In this document: piece by piece, positions 18,646 through 27,910 of the stretch | How the letters are laid out: every line of letters starts with the position of its first letter | Position numbering within the stretch: the first letter of the stretch is position 1 | Source of the DNA: an uncultured Candidatus Saccharibacteria bacterium | GTDB taxonomy: Bacteria > Patescibacteriota > Minisyncoccia > Phycocordibacterales > UBA918 | NCBI GenBank assembly: GCA_964425625.1 | Contig: CAYRMI010000001.1 | Span: forward strand, 866 to 64,865 | DNA length: 64,000 nt | Direction of reading: 5' to 3' | Notes under the pieces: model-generated | Database searches by the model: none | What the model was told of the DNA's origin: nothing | The model's input: the letters and a program-made list of their open reading frames with translations, nothing else | Program-made: the position numbers and the translations under genes

Positions 18646-18739
18646 AGAATTAAAATTTCCGGCAAAAATTTCCTCAATGCGTAGCCATATTTATAACATG
18701 AGTAATAAATAAGGTCAAATCCTAAAGTGGATAGTATAG

Positions 18740-21121
18740 TTAATCCCCTACTATTAAGTTAAGAATTCGACCCGGCACGTAGATTACTTTTTTTATATCT
18801 GTAGTGGTGGCATATCTAATAATATCCTTATTTTCTAAGGCTATTTTAATCACATCCTCCTCTGCTGCCGTTGGACTTATGGTGATAGTTGCGCGTAATT
18901 TTCCGTTGATTTGCACGCCCACAGTTACCATTTCATTAACCAGGAGTTTGGGGTCTGCGACTGGGAAACTGGCTAGATGAATTGAAGCTTCATGACCTAA
19001 ATTTGACCATATTTCCTCCGTCAAATGTGGAGCAAACGGAGCTAACAGGCGAGTAAACAGCTCATAAGACGAAACTGAAAGACCGTACTTTTCAGCATGA
19101 TTCACAAATATCATCATGGCACTAATAGCGGTATTAAATTTAAAGGTCAATATATCCTCACCCACTTTGGCAATGGTCTTATGCAAGAGGGCTTCAGTAT
19201 CTTTGGGATCGGTTTCAGTCAGGTGGTCACCCAAACCATATACTCGCTCAAGAAAACGTCTAACTCCGGCTATACCGCCAAGATCAAATGGGTAGTTACT
19301 GCCTTCATATGGTCCCATAAAGGCCAAATACATCTTCACCGTATCAGCGCCGACGGTCTTTACATGATCATCGGGATCAATCACATTACCCTTACTTTTA
19401 CTCATCTTATTGCCATCCGGGCCGAGGATGAGGCCACGGTTGATGCGTCTTTTGTATGGCTCGCTCTCAGTCACTAAACCTAAGTCCAAGAGAGCTTTTT
19501 GCCAAAAACGCGAATAGAGTAAGTGCATAGTGGTATGCTCGGCCCCACCAAAGTAGATATCAATTGGCATCCAATCCGTCTGCTTTTTGAGGGAGGCTAA
19601 GCCTCCCTCATTATGATTGTCTAAATAGCGCAGGAAGTACCATGAGGAATCCACAAAGGTATCCATCGTTTCTACTTCAGGAGTCCAACCCTGGCCAAAA
19701 ATCTCTTCCGTGCGCTTTTTTAGCGCTTCGCTTTTAGCTAGTGGTGCAATACCAGTCGGCTTGAAATCAACATCTTCAGGTAAAAGCCATGGTAGATGTT
19801 CCTCTGGCACAGCGTGTGCTTTCCCTTCCGGGTCATAGACAATCGGAATTGGTACGCCCCAGTAGCGTTGGCGTCCAATTGACCAGTCGCGCAGACGGTA
19901 AGTTGAGGTCATCTTCCCGCCCACTTTTTTCACAATGGCTTCTTTCGCTTCTTCGGAGTCCATGCCATTAAACTCCCCGGAGTTAATTAGTACCCCCGCG
20001 TTCGCAAAAGGTATTGGATTTTCGCCATTGATTACTTGCTTTACTTTTAGATTAAATTTCTCCGCGAAAGCAAAGTCTCGTTCATCATGCGCTGGCACGG
20101 CCATAATGGCGCCTGTGCCGTAGCTGCCAAGCACGTAGTCTGAGATGTAGACTGGGATCTTCTCGCCACTAGCTGGATTGGTGGCAGTTATTCCCTCGAG
20201 TTTTACCCCCGTCTTCTCCTTAGTGTTATCCAAGCGATCTTGATCATCCTTCTGTTTGGCTTTGGTAATGTAATCGGCCACCTCATTCCAGTTTGCTATA
20301 TGAGTCTCACTCTCACCCACTAATGGGTGTTCTGGCGCCAACACCAAATAAGTCGCTCCGTAAAGAGTGTCTGGTCTCGTCGTAAAAACCTTAACCCTTC
20401 GTTTAACCGAAAGTTCAAAGTCTATCTCTGCGCCACGGCTACGGCCAATCCACTGTCTTTGCGCTTCTTTGATATGTTCGGGCCAATCAAGGGCGTCGAG
20501 GTCATCGATTAATCTATCCGCATACTTGGTGATCCGGAGCATCCATTGAGGCATTTCGCGCTTTTCTATGACATCACCAGAGCGTTCACAGGTGCCATTG
20601 GCGAGCACTTGCTCGTTAGCGATGACCGTATTGCAACCCGGACACCAATTGACTGTGCCCTTGCCTCGATAAGCCACGCCATTCTCAAAAAACTTGGTGA
20701 ACATGGACTGGGTCCATTTGTAGTATTCCGGATCAGTTGAGTTACAAGTCTTGTCCCAGGAGAAAGAGTTACCCATGCTCGTAAGCTGGTCTTTCATGTA
20801 GGCGATGTTGTCATTGGTCCAAGCTTTGGGGTCCAGGTTGCGTTTGATAGCGGCGTTCTCGGCCGGTAGACCAAAGGCATCAAAGCCCATGGGGTAGAGG
20901 ACTTGCTTACCCAGCATGCGCTGGTAGCGGACGTAGATATCAGGGACAGCAAAAGCATACCAGTGACCGATGTGGAGATTGCCAGAGGGGTAAGGCCACT
21001 CCACCAGCACGTATTCTTTCTCTTTGCTTAAATCGCGCTCGCCGACATTATAGAGACCACTTTCCTGCCATTTGGCTTGCCACTTCTTTTCAATCTCTGC
21101 GCTATCAAACTTTTTATGCAT
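18740..21121 (-). CDS. leuS: leucine--tRNA ligase
   Basis: 793 aa; class I HIGH (HIGHWYAF) and KMSKS (KMSKSKGNVIDP) motifs, LeuRS-type editing domain (CP1) blocks. Confidence 0.9.
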   Translation of the reverse strand: MHKKFDSAEIEKKWQAKWQESGLYNVGERDLSKEKEYVLVEWPYPSGNLHIGHWYAFAVPDIYVRYQRMLGKQVLYPMGFDAFGLPAENAAIKRNLDPKAWTNDNIAYMKDQLTSMGNSFSWDKTCNSTDPEYYKWTQSMFTKFFENGVAYRGKGTVNWCPGCNTVIANEQVLANGTCERSGDVIEKREMPQWMLRITKYADRLIDDLDALDWPEHIKEAQRQWIGRSRGAEIDFELSVKRRVKVFTTRPDTLYGATYLVLAPEHPLVGESETHIANWNEVADYITKAKQKDDQDRLDNTKEKTGVKLEGITATNPASGEKIPVYISDYVLGSYGTGAIMAVPAHDERDFAFAEKFNLKVKQVINGENPIPFANAGVLINSGEFNGMDSEEAKEAIVKKVGGKMTSTYRLRDWSIGRQRYWGVPIPIVYDPEGKAHAVPEEHLPWLLPEDVDFKPTGIAPLAKSEALKKRTEEIFGQGWTPEVETMDTFVDSSWYFLRYLDNHNEGGLASLKKQTDWMPIDIYFGGAEHTTMHLLYSRFWQKALLDLGLVTESEPYKRRINRGLILGPDGNKMSKSKGNVIDPDDHVKTVGADTVKMYLAFMGPYEGSNYPFDLGGIAGVRRFLERVYGLGDHLTETDPKDTEALLHKTIAKVGEDILTFKFNTAISAMMIFVNHAEKYGLSVSSYELFTRLLAPFAPHLTEEIWSNLGHEASIHLASFPVADPKLLVNEMVTVGVQINGKLRATITISPTAAEEDVIKIALENKDIIRYATTTDIKKVIYVPGRILNLIVGD

Positions 21122-21185
21122 AACAAACCCCGCTTAACGAATAAGTAGTAGTTTAGTATGCCACGAGTTTGCGAGGATGTAAAAA

Positions 21186-21806
21186 CTACCTGTAAAGTAC
21201 CTGTACTAGGTCTACTGGCGAATTCAAGATATTCTCGTTAGGGAGTTCTGTCAGTAATTGTTCTTTCGAGCAGTAACCCCAAGTCACTCCAATTAGTTTA
21301 TGGGGATTAATGATGTCCTTAAGTTCGTATATATCTGCTAGTGTGTCTGTAAAGTAATACGCTTCTGAAAATTCGATCCCCCAGTCTTGGCAGATTTGTT
21401 CAACCTTCTCCTCTTTTGAGTGGTGGTCTTCGAAAGCTAGTATATGCGTAAAGTCTAACCCCATTTTTTCTATAGCTGGCTTAACGTAGTTTTGAGAACC
21501 GCTTGAAACAACTGCCATCTTTGTGTTTGTTAGCCTCTTAATTTGCAAAATAAACTCATTAAACAAAGGGAATCCCTTTTCATGGACCAATTTTCCTCCG
21601 TTGGATATACGCTCATGTAGTACGGCTAGGTCTGCCTGGGTCAAGGTGTGATTACGAGCGTGATGAGGCTTTTGGATAGCGTAAACATTCAAATCTATAA
21701 AAGCACCTACTTTCCCATTTTGTTTGTTTTGCTGATTTTGCACTTCCGTCCAGACATTATAAGTATCACCCAAAACACCATCGAAATCAAAAATTAGGAA
21801 ATGCAT
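21186..21806 (-). CDS. HAD-superfamily hydrolase
   Basis: 206 aa; motif I FDFDGVL at the N-terminus. Confidence 0.6.
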   Translation of the reverse strand: MHFLIFDFDGVLGDTYNVWTEVQNQQNKQNGKVGAFIDLNVYAIQKPHHARNHTLTQADLAVLHERISNGGKLVHEKGFPLFNEFILQIKRLTNTKMAVVSSGSQNYVKPAIEKMGLDFTHILAFEDHHSKEEKVEQICQDWGIEFSEAYYFTDTLADIYELKDIINPHKLIGVTWGYCSKEQLLTELPNENILNSPVDLVQVLYR

Positions 21807-21817
21807 TTAATATGAAT

Positions 21818-22753
21818 TTAACGAATTGGTGCGACGGCTGGCTTCTTGAAGGCTTCGAGGTCAACTACTCTTTCAAAGCAGTAATTTCCAGCGCTATGTG
21901 ACCAATTGTACCCGCCTTTGATTGGCTGACCAAACTCGTCATATTCTATTTGTGTTAGAAATTCATCTTCACCACTAGCTTCGGCAAAAGTAGCACAGAG
22001 ACGGAAACCTTTATCAGTCAGCTCATAAGTGTATGGTTCGCGTTCTTCGGCTGCTACTGGTAATGGGCCAGCCGCTGGTAATTCTTCTAGACTCTTAGGC
22101 AACTCTCCGTTTAGGGTGACGTAATTTTCAATTTGGTACTGGATCGCTTGCAGATCTGTTACTTGTTGATCATCTAAGCGCATTTGGCGTACCTGGTCTG
22201 GAGTCTCAATGTTCATAAAGCCATAAACTAAAGAAGTCATAACCACAACAGCCATGCCTATACCGTAGGTAATAGATTTTTTCTCCTCTTTTAACCAAAA
22301 ACCTCTAGCATCTAACAAATAATAATAAAAAGCTGAACCAACGACGATAAGTACAGCTAATGCTTTAAGAATAAAACGTACGGTCAACTCACCTTCTAGA
22401 AAAGCCATCACGACAGCTACCAAATCACCCAAGAGGGCTGCCCCACCAATGAGGAGAGACAAATAGATTAACCACTTCGTTAATCCTAGATAAGCACTAC
22501 TAGTGTCTTGTCTACGGGCGAGATTAACTAAACGTGTGAGGACTATGTAAGTAGGGAAAAAGACCACTACCATCGCAATACCCAACCGGATGCTGGTGCT
22601 AGCACTCTCAATGGCCCAGTAACCTTCGGCAGCATCAGGAAACTTTAAGTTGATTAGACCAAAAATTAAAACGATTAAAAATGATACTGATAAGTAAAGA
22701 CTAATAAGTGAACCTAACTGAAGCACGAAGTGCTTGGAGGTATGATTTTCCAT
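21818..22753 (-). CDS. hypothetical integral membrane protein
   Basis: 311 aa; 5-6 predicted TM helices then a soluble C-terminal domain. Confidence 0.4.
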   Translation of the reverse strand: MENHTSKHFVLQLGSLISLYLSVSFLIVLIFGLINLKFPDAAEGYWAIESASTSIRLGIAMVVVFFPTYIVLTRLVNLARRQDTSSAYLGLTKWLIYLSLLIGGAALLGDLVAVVMAFLEGELTVRFILKALAVLIVVGSAFYYYLLDARGFWLKEEKKSITYGIGMAVVVMTSLVYGFMNIETPDQVRQMRLDDQQVTDLQAIQYQIENYVTLNGELPKSLEELPAAGPLPVAAEEREPYTYELTDKGFRLCATFAEASGEDEFLTQIEYDEFGQPIKGGYNWSHSAGNYCFERVVDLEAFKKPAVAPIR

Positions 22754-22789
22754 ATACTAATATTATACGCTTGTTTTTGGGGAAAAGTA

Positions 22790-22827
22790 ACAAAATGAAA
22801 AGCCACTTCAATTGCTCGAAGTGGCCT
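22790..22827 (-). terminator. intrinsic terminator downstream of YeaD-like paralog 1
   Basis: GCCACTTC-AATTGCTC-GAAGTGGC followed by a U-rich run on the minus strand. Confidence 0.5.
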
Positions 22828-22853
22828 TGCTGGTGCTCAAGTGGTGGGCGTAA

Positions 22854-23591
22854 CTAGTACGCAGGAACAAATTCAATCCGACACCAGGCCTTAGACCATG
22901 AGTTTGGCCTCAAGCTGATGTCCTTTCTTATTCCAGCCTTCGGCTTGAGGCAGATGTATTTATCTGGTTGGTCTGACCAGACAACGACCTGGTCATAACC
23001 TTGTAACCGGAGCCAGTAGATACCCTGATCTACTTGCAGATACACCAGACTTTCTTTGAGATCAAAAATCCGCTCCGTGTTAACCTCGGTACCGCTATCA
23101 ATTAAGACCTGACCTCGCTCATAGACCGACCATTTCTTCCCTGTCGTTGGGAAATATGACTGTAGTCCGTAAGCTAAAGGCATGGGCGTAACGGCCCGGC
23201 ACCTTTCATTTCTAGAGATCTTGAACTGATAGTCCAAGGCATGACCATTGGGAGCGAGATTGATTCTGCTGTGAAGCCTGAAACTCCACTGATAGGCTTC
23301 ACGCGCCTCAATGTCCATTTCAAAAGATCGATATCGGCTGTTGCCTTCATGGTCAGATATCACCGGGTAGAGTCGACTAAGTCCACGAATGATGCCGTAG
23401 TTGGGCAACTTCACTCCCCGCCAAGCTGGTGTTTGTGCTACTTCACCAGAAATCGGTGCGTCAAGGTAGAGTCCACCTGGCAATCTTCCTTCCGGCATCC
23501 CGAAAGCGGGGTGAAGTAATTTTCTGCCACCTGGGTCTGTCCAAGAGAGCACGTTCCCGACATGGTCAGTGACGAATTTGGGCAAGGGCAT
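22854..23591 (-). CDS. aldose 1-epimerase-family protein, glucose-6-phosphate 1-epimerase (YeaD)-like, paralog 1
   Basis: 245 aa; YeaD-like signature ..LPGGLYLDAPISGE......LPNYGIIRGL..W compared with IRGG.P.C.P.FG....LP.HGFAR..W; GC visibly higher than flanks. Confidence 0.45.
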   Translation of the reverse strand: MPLPKFVTDHVGNVLSWTDPGGRKLLHPAFGMPEGRLPGGLYLDAPISGEVAQTPAWRGVKLPNYGIIRGLSRLYPVISDHEGNSRYRSFEMDIEAREAYQWSFRLHSRINLAPNGHALDYQFKISRNERCRAVTPMPLAYGLQSYFPTTGKKWSVYERGQVLIDSGTEVNTERIFDLKESLVYLQVDQGIYWLRLQGYDQVVVWSDQPDKYICLKPKAGIRKDISLRPNSWSKAWCRIEFVPAY

Positions 23592-23718
23592 ACATACTCC
23601 TGGGTTGGTTTTGGATCACGAATAGAATTCAGAACGAAATTCCGTTTTGATATTGCGGGTAATTGTCTTTCTTGTCAATCTAAACGCAGGTCATTTAATT
23701 GTCCTTCTTACAAAAGGA

Positions 23719-23748
23719 AGACCCACAGGACTGATGTCCTGTGGGTCT
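23719..23748. terminator. bidirectional terminator between the two YeaD-like paralogs
   Basis: AGACCCACAGGAC-TGAT-GTCCTGTGGGTCT, 13-bp perfect stem with an A-tract on one side and a T-tract on the other. Confidence 0.6.
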
Positions 23749-23756
23749 CTTTGCCT

Positions 23757-24494
23757 TTACCCTTGGTAATAAGGATCAATGATGTACGTAATATTACACG
23801 ACCCACAGCGTGACTCCCCTGGAGCGAGCAGTACCTCTGCACCATTTCCTAGAGTCGGTTCAACGCACAGGTATTGCGAAGGATCATCTGTCCAGATGTT
23901 CATCTGGTCATAACCGGAGGTATTCATCACAATTACACCACCGTCGACCGCAAATGTCGTGCTCCGGCCATCAAGTCCAAATTGTTGTGCCGAAGACAGA
24001 TCGTCTGTCGTTGTGACCTTTGTTTCTCGACCATACTTCACTACGGTCTCCTTCCTTTCATAGGTAGCAAAATACGGACATAAACCAAACATCAAAGGCA
24101 TCGGTCTAGGATTTGTACAGTTTACCTGTCTCGTTACTTCGATTCTGTGTGCCAGATGAAGACTATCCTTTCCTTCAACAATAGAGATCTGAACGATATA
24201 TCGCCAGGGAAATATCGGCGTCGGTTGCGAAAACGGAAACGAGTAAATAAAGCCTTTGTGGGTATTCTGACACCAAACCGGCTCGACCGAACTCAGAGAG
24301 CGAACAGTGCCGTGTCGAGGCAGGATAACCCCCTCCCACGCTTTCGTCTGTGGCACTTCTCCAAAGACTGGCGCTGCCACAAAAGCTCCGCCGCGAATTT
24401 TTTTATTCTTGTTTATGGTCTGTGGAAAGAACACATCATGACCGCAATCAGTACGCCAAGCTCCGATGGTGCCAGGATGATTAAGTCTTAGCAT
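23757..24494 (-). CDS. aldose 1-epimerase-family protein, YeaD-like, paralog 2
   Basis: 245 aa, same length as paralog 1 and alignable with it (KIRGGAFVAAPVFGEVPQTKAWEGVILPRHGTVRSL vs RLPGGLYLDAPISGEVAQTPAWRGVKLPNYGIIRGL). Confidence 0.45.
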   Translation of the reverse strand: MLRLNHPGTIGAWRTDCGHDVFFPQTINKNKKIRGGAFVAAPVFGEVPQTKAWEGVILPRHGTVRSLSSVEPVWCQNTHKGFIYSFPFSQPTPIFPWRYIVQISIVEGKDSLHLAHRIEVTRQVNCTNPRPMPLMFGLCPYFATYERKETVVKYGRETKVTTTDDLSSAQQFGLDGRSTTFAVDGGVIVMNTSGYDQMNIWTDDPSQYLCVEPTLGNGAEVLLAPGESRCGSCNITYIIDPYYQG

Positions 24495-24616
24495 CTATTT
24501 CTCCTTGTTTGATTGAAATCTAACTAATGGAAAGAAAATCCTTGACTAGGATGCCATAATCTACAATTTTGTAAATAAATAAGAATTTTTCATTAACTAT
24601 GTCATAATAGACTTCT

Positions 24617-24886
24617 ATGAAATCAGATGATTTGAAAAAAGCGCCAAAGCTGTTTTGTGAAAGCGTGAGTGTGGGATTTACGCCGGAGTATTTTGTCATG
24701 GCACTTAGCTCTGGCACCCAGGCCTCAATTTATTCATTTACACCTCAACACCTCAAGCGTTTGCGTGAGTACTTAAGTCACCAAATTAGTGAATATGAAA
24801 AAGAACATGGTGAGATAAAAGTTGAGTCAAACAAGAGTGTAGTCAGCCCAGTACAGAGACTCAGTCCCCCGAGTGAGTTGAGTTAG
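24617..24886 (+). CDS. hypothetical protein
   Basis: 89-aa ORF on the rare plus strand; overlaps a 65-aa minus-strand ORF (24520..24717), so it is unclear which is real, or whether either is. Confidence 0.25.
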   Translation: MKSDDLKKAPKLFCESVSVGFTPEYFVMALSSGTQASIYSFTPQHLKRLREYLSHQISEYEKEHGEIKVESNKSVVSPVQRLSPPSELS

Positions 24887-24989
24887 GTAGGACCTTTATA
24901 ACTTCTCCTATTTTTACATAGGCCTTTCCTATGCAATTTGAACCAACGCAAAGGCCCGACTAGATCGGGCCTTTGGAGAACTGCAGCGA

Positions 24990-25271
24990 CTAGCGAAATC
25001 GCAAGCGTCTCATCGGTGGCATCTGTTGGTTGTGTCGGTTGAGCAGATACTGCAACAAGTCGGCCAAATTTCTGTAAAACTCACCAACATCGGTGCCTAG
25101 TACCTGGATAAATTTTTCCGTAGTTTGCCTACTCTCCACTTCTGCAAAAAAATCATACAAGCACAACCCTTTCACAATACCATCACAGTCTTTACAGCTT
25201 TTTAACTGCCTCGTTAGCTCGAGGCAATTCCAGTAACCTGGATATTCGCGTAAGCTAATATACCTGGCCAT
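24990..25271 (-). CDS. hypothetical protein
   Basis: 93-aa ORF downstream of ychF with a terminator hairpin at 24940..24966. Confidence 0.35.
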   Translation of the reverse strand: MARYISLREYPGYWNCLELTRQLKSCKDCDGIVKGLCLYDFFAEVESRQTTEKFIQVLGTDVGEFYRNLADLLQYLLNRHNQQMPPMRRLRFR

Positions 25272-25368
25272 AAATTACCTCGAAATATGAGTTTAAAGAA
25301 CGCGTTTTTTTCTTTTGTAATTTTGCAACCAATTGCTAGAAAGCACAAATTAACTTAGTTTTCATTAT

Positions 25369-26469
25369 CTACCCCACCATAAATTCAATCACATCGCCAT
25401 CTTTAACGATATAGTCTTTACCTTCGGTACGGAGCTTGCCTTGTTCGCGGGCTTTAGCCAGTGAGCCAGCGGCTACCAGGTCGTCAAAGGTTACTACCTG
25501 AGCGCGAATATATTTCTTTTCAAAATCAGTATGAATGGCAGCGGCAGCTTTTGGTCCGGTTGACCCAATCGGTACAGTCCAGGCATGTGTTTCCTTTTCG
25601 CCCGTCGTAAGGTAACTCATAAGGCCGAGACGGTGATAGCAGGCACGAATCAGGTTCTCAACGCCACTTCCCTGCGCCCCATACTCGCGTCTAAATTCAT
25701 TTTTTTCTTCATCGTTTAAGTCTCGCAGTTCATGCTCCATCCCGGCATCTACTACCACATACTCAGCGCCAGTTCGGTCAAAAAATTCTACCAGTCGAAG
25801 CCAGCGGTCGTCATTGTGTTCGTCTAGGTTGTAGCCATCCGTCATTTTATTGCAGACGTATAAGAATGGCTTCATGGTCAAAAGATGCAGTCCTTTGATG
25901 AGCTTTTGCTCTTCCTCGTTCATAGAAAGTGAGTTGGCAAGTAAGCCACTCTCCAAATGTGGCAATAGTCTACTTAGTAGTCCATGCTCAACTTCAGCTC
26001 CTTTATCACCACGTTTAGCATCACGCTCAACATTACTAAGTCGCTTACTGACTGTCTCAGCATCGGCCAAAATTAATTCTAAGTTGATGACTTCAATATC
26101 TGAAAGTGGGTCAACTCCACCGGTCACATGATGGATGTCTGAATCTTCAAAAATACGCACCACTTCAGCAATCATATCGGTCTCCCGGATGTTGGCCAGG
26201 AATTTATTACCCAGACCCTCTCCCGAAGCAGCTCCCTCTACCAATCCGGCGATATCCACAAATTCTACGATAGCCGGAATAATTTCCTTTGAACCAGAAA
26301 TAGCTGAGAGAGTAGCTAATCGACTATCAGGCACAGCGACCACACCAACCGAAGGGTCGATGGTAGCAAAGGGATAGTTGGCAATCAGCACCTCATTTTT
26401 GGTCAGAGCCGTAAAGAGCGTAGATTTACCTACATTAGGGAGACCGACAATTCCGACTGATAGAGACAT
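25369..26469 (-). CDS. ychF: ribosome-binding ATPase YchF (Obg-family GTPase)
   Basis: 366 aa; G1 GLPNVGKST, NxxD variant and C-terminal TGS domain (KDYIVKDGDVIEF). Confidence 0.85.
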   Translation of the reverse strand: MSLSVGIVGLPNVGKSTLFTALTKNEVLIANYPFATIDPSVGVVAVPDSRLATLSAISGSKEIIPAIVEFVDIAGLVEGAASGEGLGNKFLANIRETDMIAEVVRIFEDSDIHHVTGGVDPLSDIEVINLELILADAETVSKRLSNVERDAKRGDKGAEVEHGLLSRLLPHLESGLLANSLSMNEEEQKLIKGLHLLTMKPFLYVCNKMTDGYNLDEHNDDRWLRLVEFFDRTGAEYVVVDAGMEHELRDLNDEEKNEFRREYGAQGSGVENLIRACYHRLGLMSYLTTGEKETHAWTVPIGSTGPKAAAAIHTDFEKKYIRAQVVTFDDLVAAGSLAKAREQGKLRTEGKDYIVKDGDVIEFMVG

Positions 26470-26557
26470 AAAGAGTTTTGCATAAATAAATAAGAAGAAA
26501 TGCCTTTAAAAAGACACATGTCGGCGAGTGTAACAGAAATACTACATTAATAAAAGC

Positions 26558-26600
26558 TAATCCCCGACTTATATCGGGGATTATCATTTTATTTTTTTGT
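26558..26600. terminator. bidirectional hairpin terminator in the ychF-hpf spacer
   Basis: TAATCCCCGA-CTTATA-TCGGGGATTA followed by TTTTATTTTTTT and preceded by an A-run. Confidence 0.5.
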
Positions 26601-26927
26601 TGGTTTATTACCGCGGTTTTTTACCGCTCCCTCCATGCGACTGGCAGTACGATGGGGTGCTTGTTGATTGCCAGTATGGTGGTTGGGGTGACCAAATTGT
26701 GAACCATGTATGTTTTTCATATATAATATTGTACTCCTACCGGTGCCGATATAGCAACGTCAACAAGTGCGCCAAACTATAGTCAACATAATGGCGATTA
26801 TACTTAATTTATAAAAATGACCTGAGTATAAAAGCCCTTGTCAAAATTAAAATAAGTTGTATTATGCTAATCCCGTACATGAGGGAGGAATCCATCATGC
26901 GGCATGTTCCAAGACGGAGACCAAAAA

Positions 26928-27275
26928 ATGAACCTGACCATAAGTGGTCATCACCTGGAAGTAACCCCCGCGTTGCGGCAGTACGTGGTCGACAAACTCG
27001 ACCGAGTCGAGCGGCACTTCGACCAGATCGTCACCGTCAACGTGCTGTTGACGATCGAAAGGCTCAGGGAAAAGGAACGTCGGCAAAAAGCCGAAGTCAC
27101 CCTGCACATGAAAGGGCGCGATATCTTCGTCGAGCAGGCCCACGAAGACATGTACACCGCCATCGACCAGTTGATGAACATGCTCGACCGCCAGGTGGTC
27201 GAGCACAAGAACAGCAAGCAGGACCCTCGACCCAAGGATTGGAAGTGCCCAAAGCGGGCGCATATCCCAACCTGA
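26928..27275 (+). CDS. hpf: ribosome hibernation-promoting factor (short HPF/YfiA family)
   Basis: MNLTISGHHLEVTPALRQYV..KL.R.ERHFD...V.V.L..E.....AEVTLH..G......HEDMYTAIDQL..L.RQ matches short-form proteobacterial HPF; SD-like GGAGA upstream of the ATG at 26928; strongly GC-rich codons unlike neighbours; own terminator at 27326..27346. Confidence 0.75.
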   Translation: MNLTISGHHLEVTPALRQYVVDKLDRVERHFDQIVTVNVLLTIERLREKERRQKAEVTLHMKGRDIFVEQAHEDMYTAIDQLMNMLDRQVVEHKNSKQDPRPKDWKCPKRAHIPT

Positions 27276-27325
27276 AAACCAAGTCGGTCTAACCATTACC
27301 TGGTAGTGGTTGACCAACCAACCAA

Positions 27326-27346
27326 CCGCAGCTTCGGCTGCGGTTT
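27326..27346 (+). terminator. terminator of the GC-rich hpf cassette
   Basis: CCGCAGC-TTCG-GCTGCGG-TTT, a GC-rich stem with a UUCG-type tetraloop. Confidence 0.55.
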
Positions 27347-27412
27347 AACATATATACTGAATTGTTATTAAATAAAAAAATCAACAAATTTTAGTGCTAT
27401 TATGTTATTTAT

Positions 27413-27844
27413 ATGGATAGCCTACGTTTACTCTTAGTGCAAAACCAGAACAATCTCGACCGGCTACGGGCCCGGGCCAGGTATTTGAAAACCCTTATTT
27501 CTTCCTCCAACTATGATACCCATAAACAGTATGGTCCTTATGCTGAATTTTGGGATGAGTGGTATGAGCAAATGCAAGCAATCTTTACTGATTTAAAATC
27601 AGACATTAGAGCGACTGAGGAATTTATCGCTGAACTGCGAGAATTTATATTTTGTATGGAGACGGAACAAAAACCAGTCCGTGGTTACAAGAAACGACTT
27701 ACTGAAATGAACTCACTTTCTCTTGAAGCAATTGCTTGCCAACATGACATGCTACATATAGCAGACACCCAACTGGCCGAACACAAAGAATTTACCCACA
27801 AGTTACTCTTGGTTGAAGCCATCGACAGCTTAAATGAGGATTAG
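27413..27844 (+). CDS. hypothetical protein (predicted coiled-coil)
   Basis: 143-aa ORF followed by a bidirectional terminator at 27888..27909. Confidence 0.4.
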   Translation: MDSLRLLLVQNQNNLDRLRARARYLKTLISSSNYDTHKQYGPYAEFWDEWYEQMQAIFTDLKSDIRATEEFIAELREFIFCMETEQKPVRGYKKRLTEMNSLSLEAIACQHDMLHIADTQLAEHKEFTHKLLLVEAIDSLNED

Positions 27845-27887
27845 TATAACTTTAACTAAACCCAAGTTAAGTTTCTTTTAAACAACT

Positions 27888-27909
27888 AGACCACCAAAAG
27901 TGGTGGTCT
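27888..27909. terminator. bidirectional terminator between convergent genes 27413..27844 and 27911..28246
   Basis: AGACCACC-AAAAG-GGTGGTCT. Confidence 0.55.
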
Positions 27910-27910
27910 G

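Noticed and set aside
26864-27317. Five overlapping track ORFs on both strands across the hpf cassette (e.g. 26864..27292 +, 26895..27317 -, 26951..27235 -, 27097..27282 -)
   Set aside because: High GC removes stop codons in all frames. Only the frame giving the HPF-like protein has recognisable homology and an SD-like start
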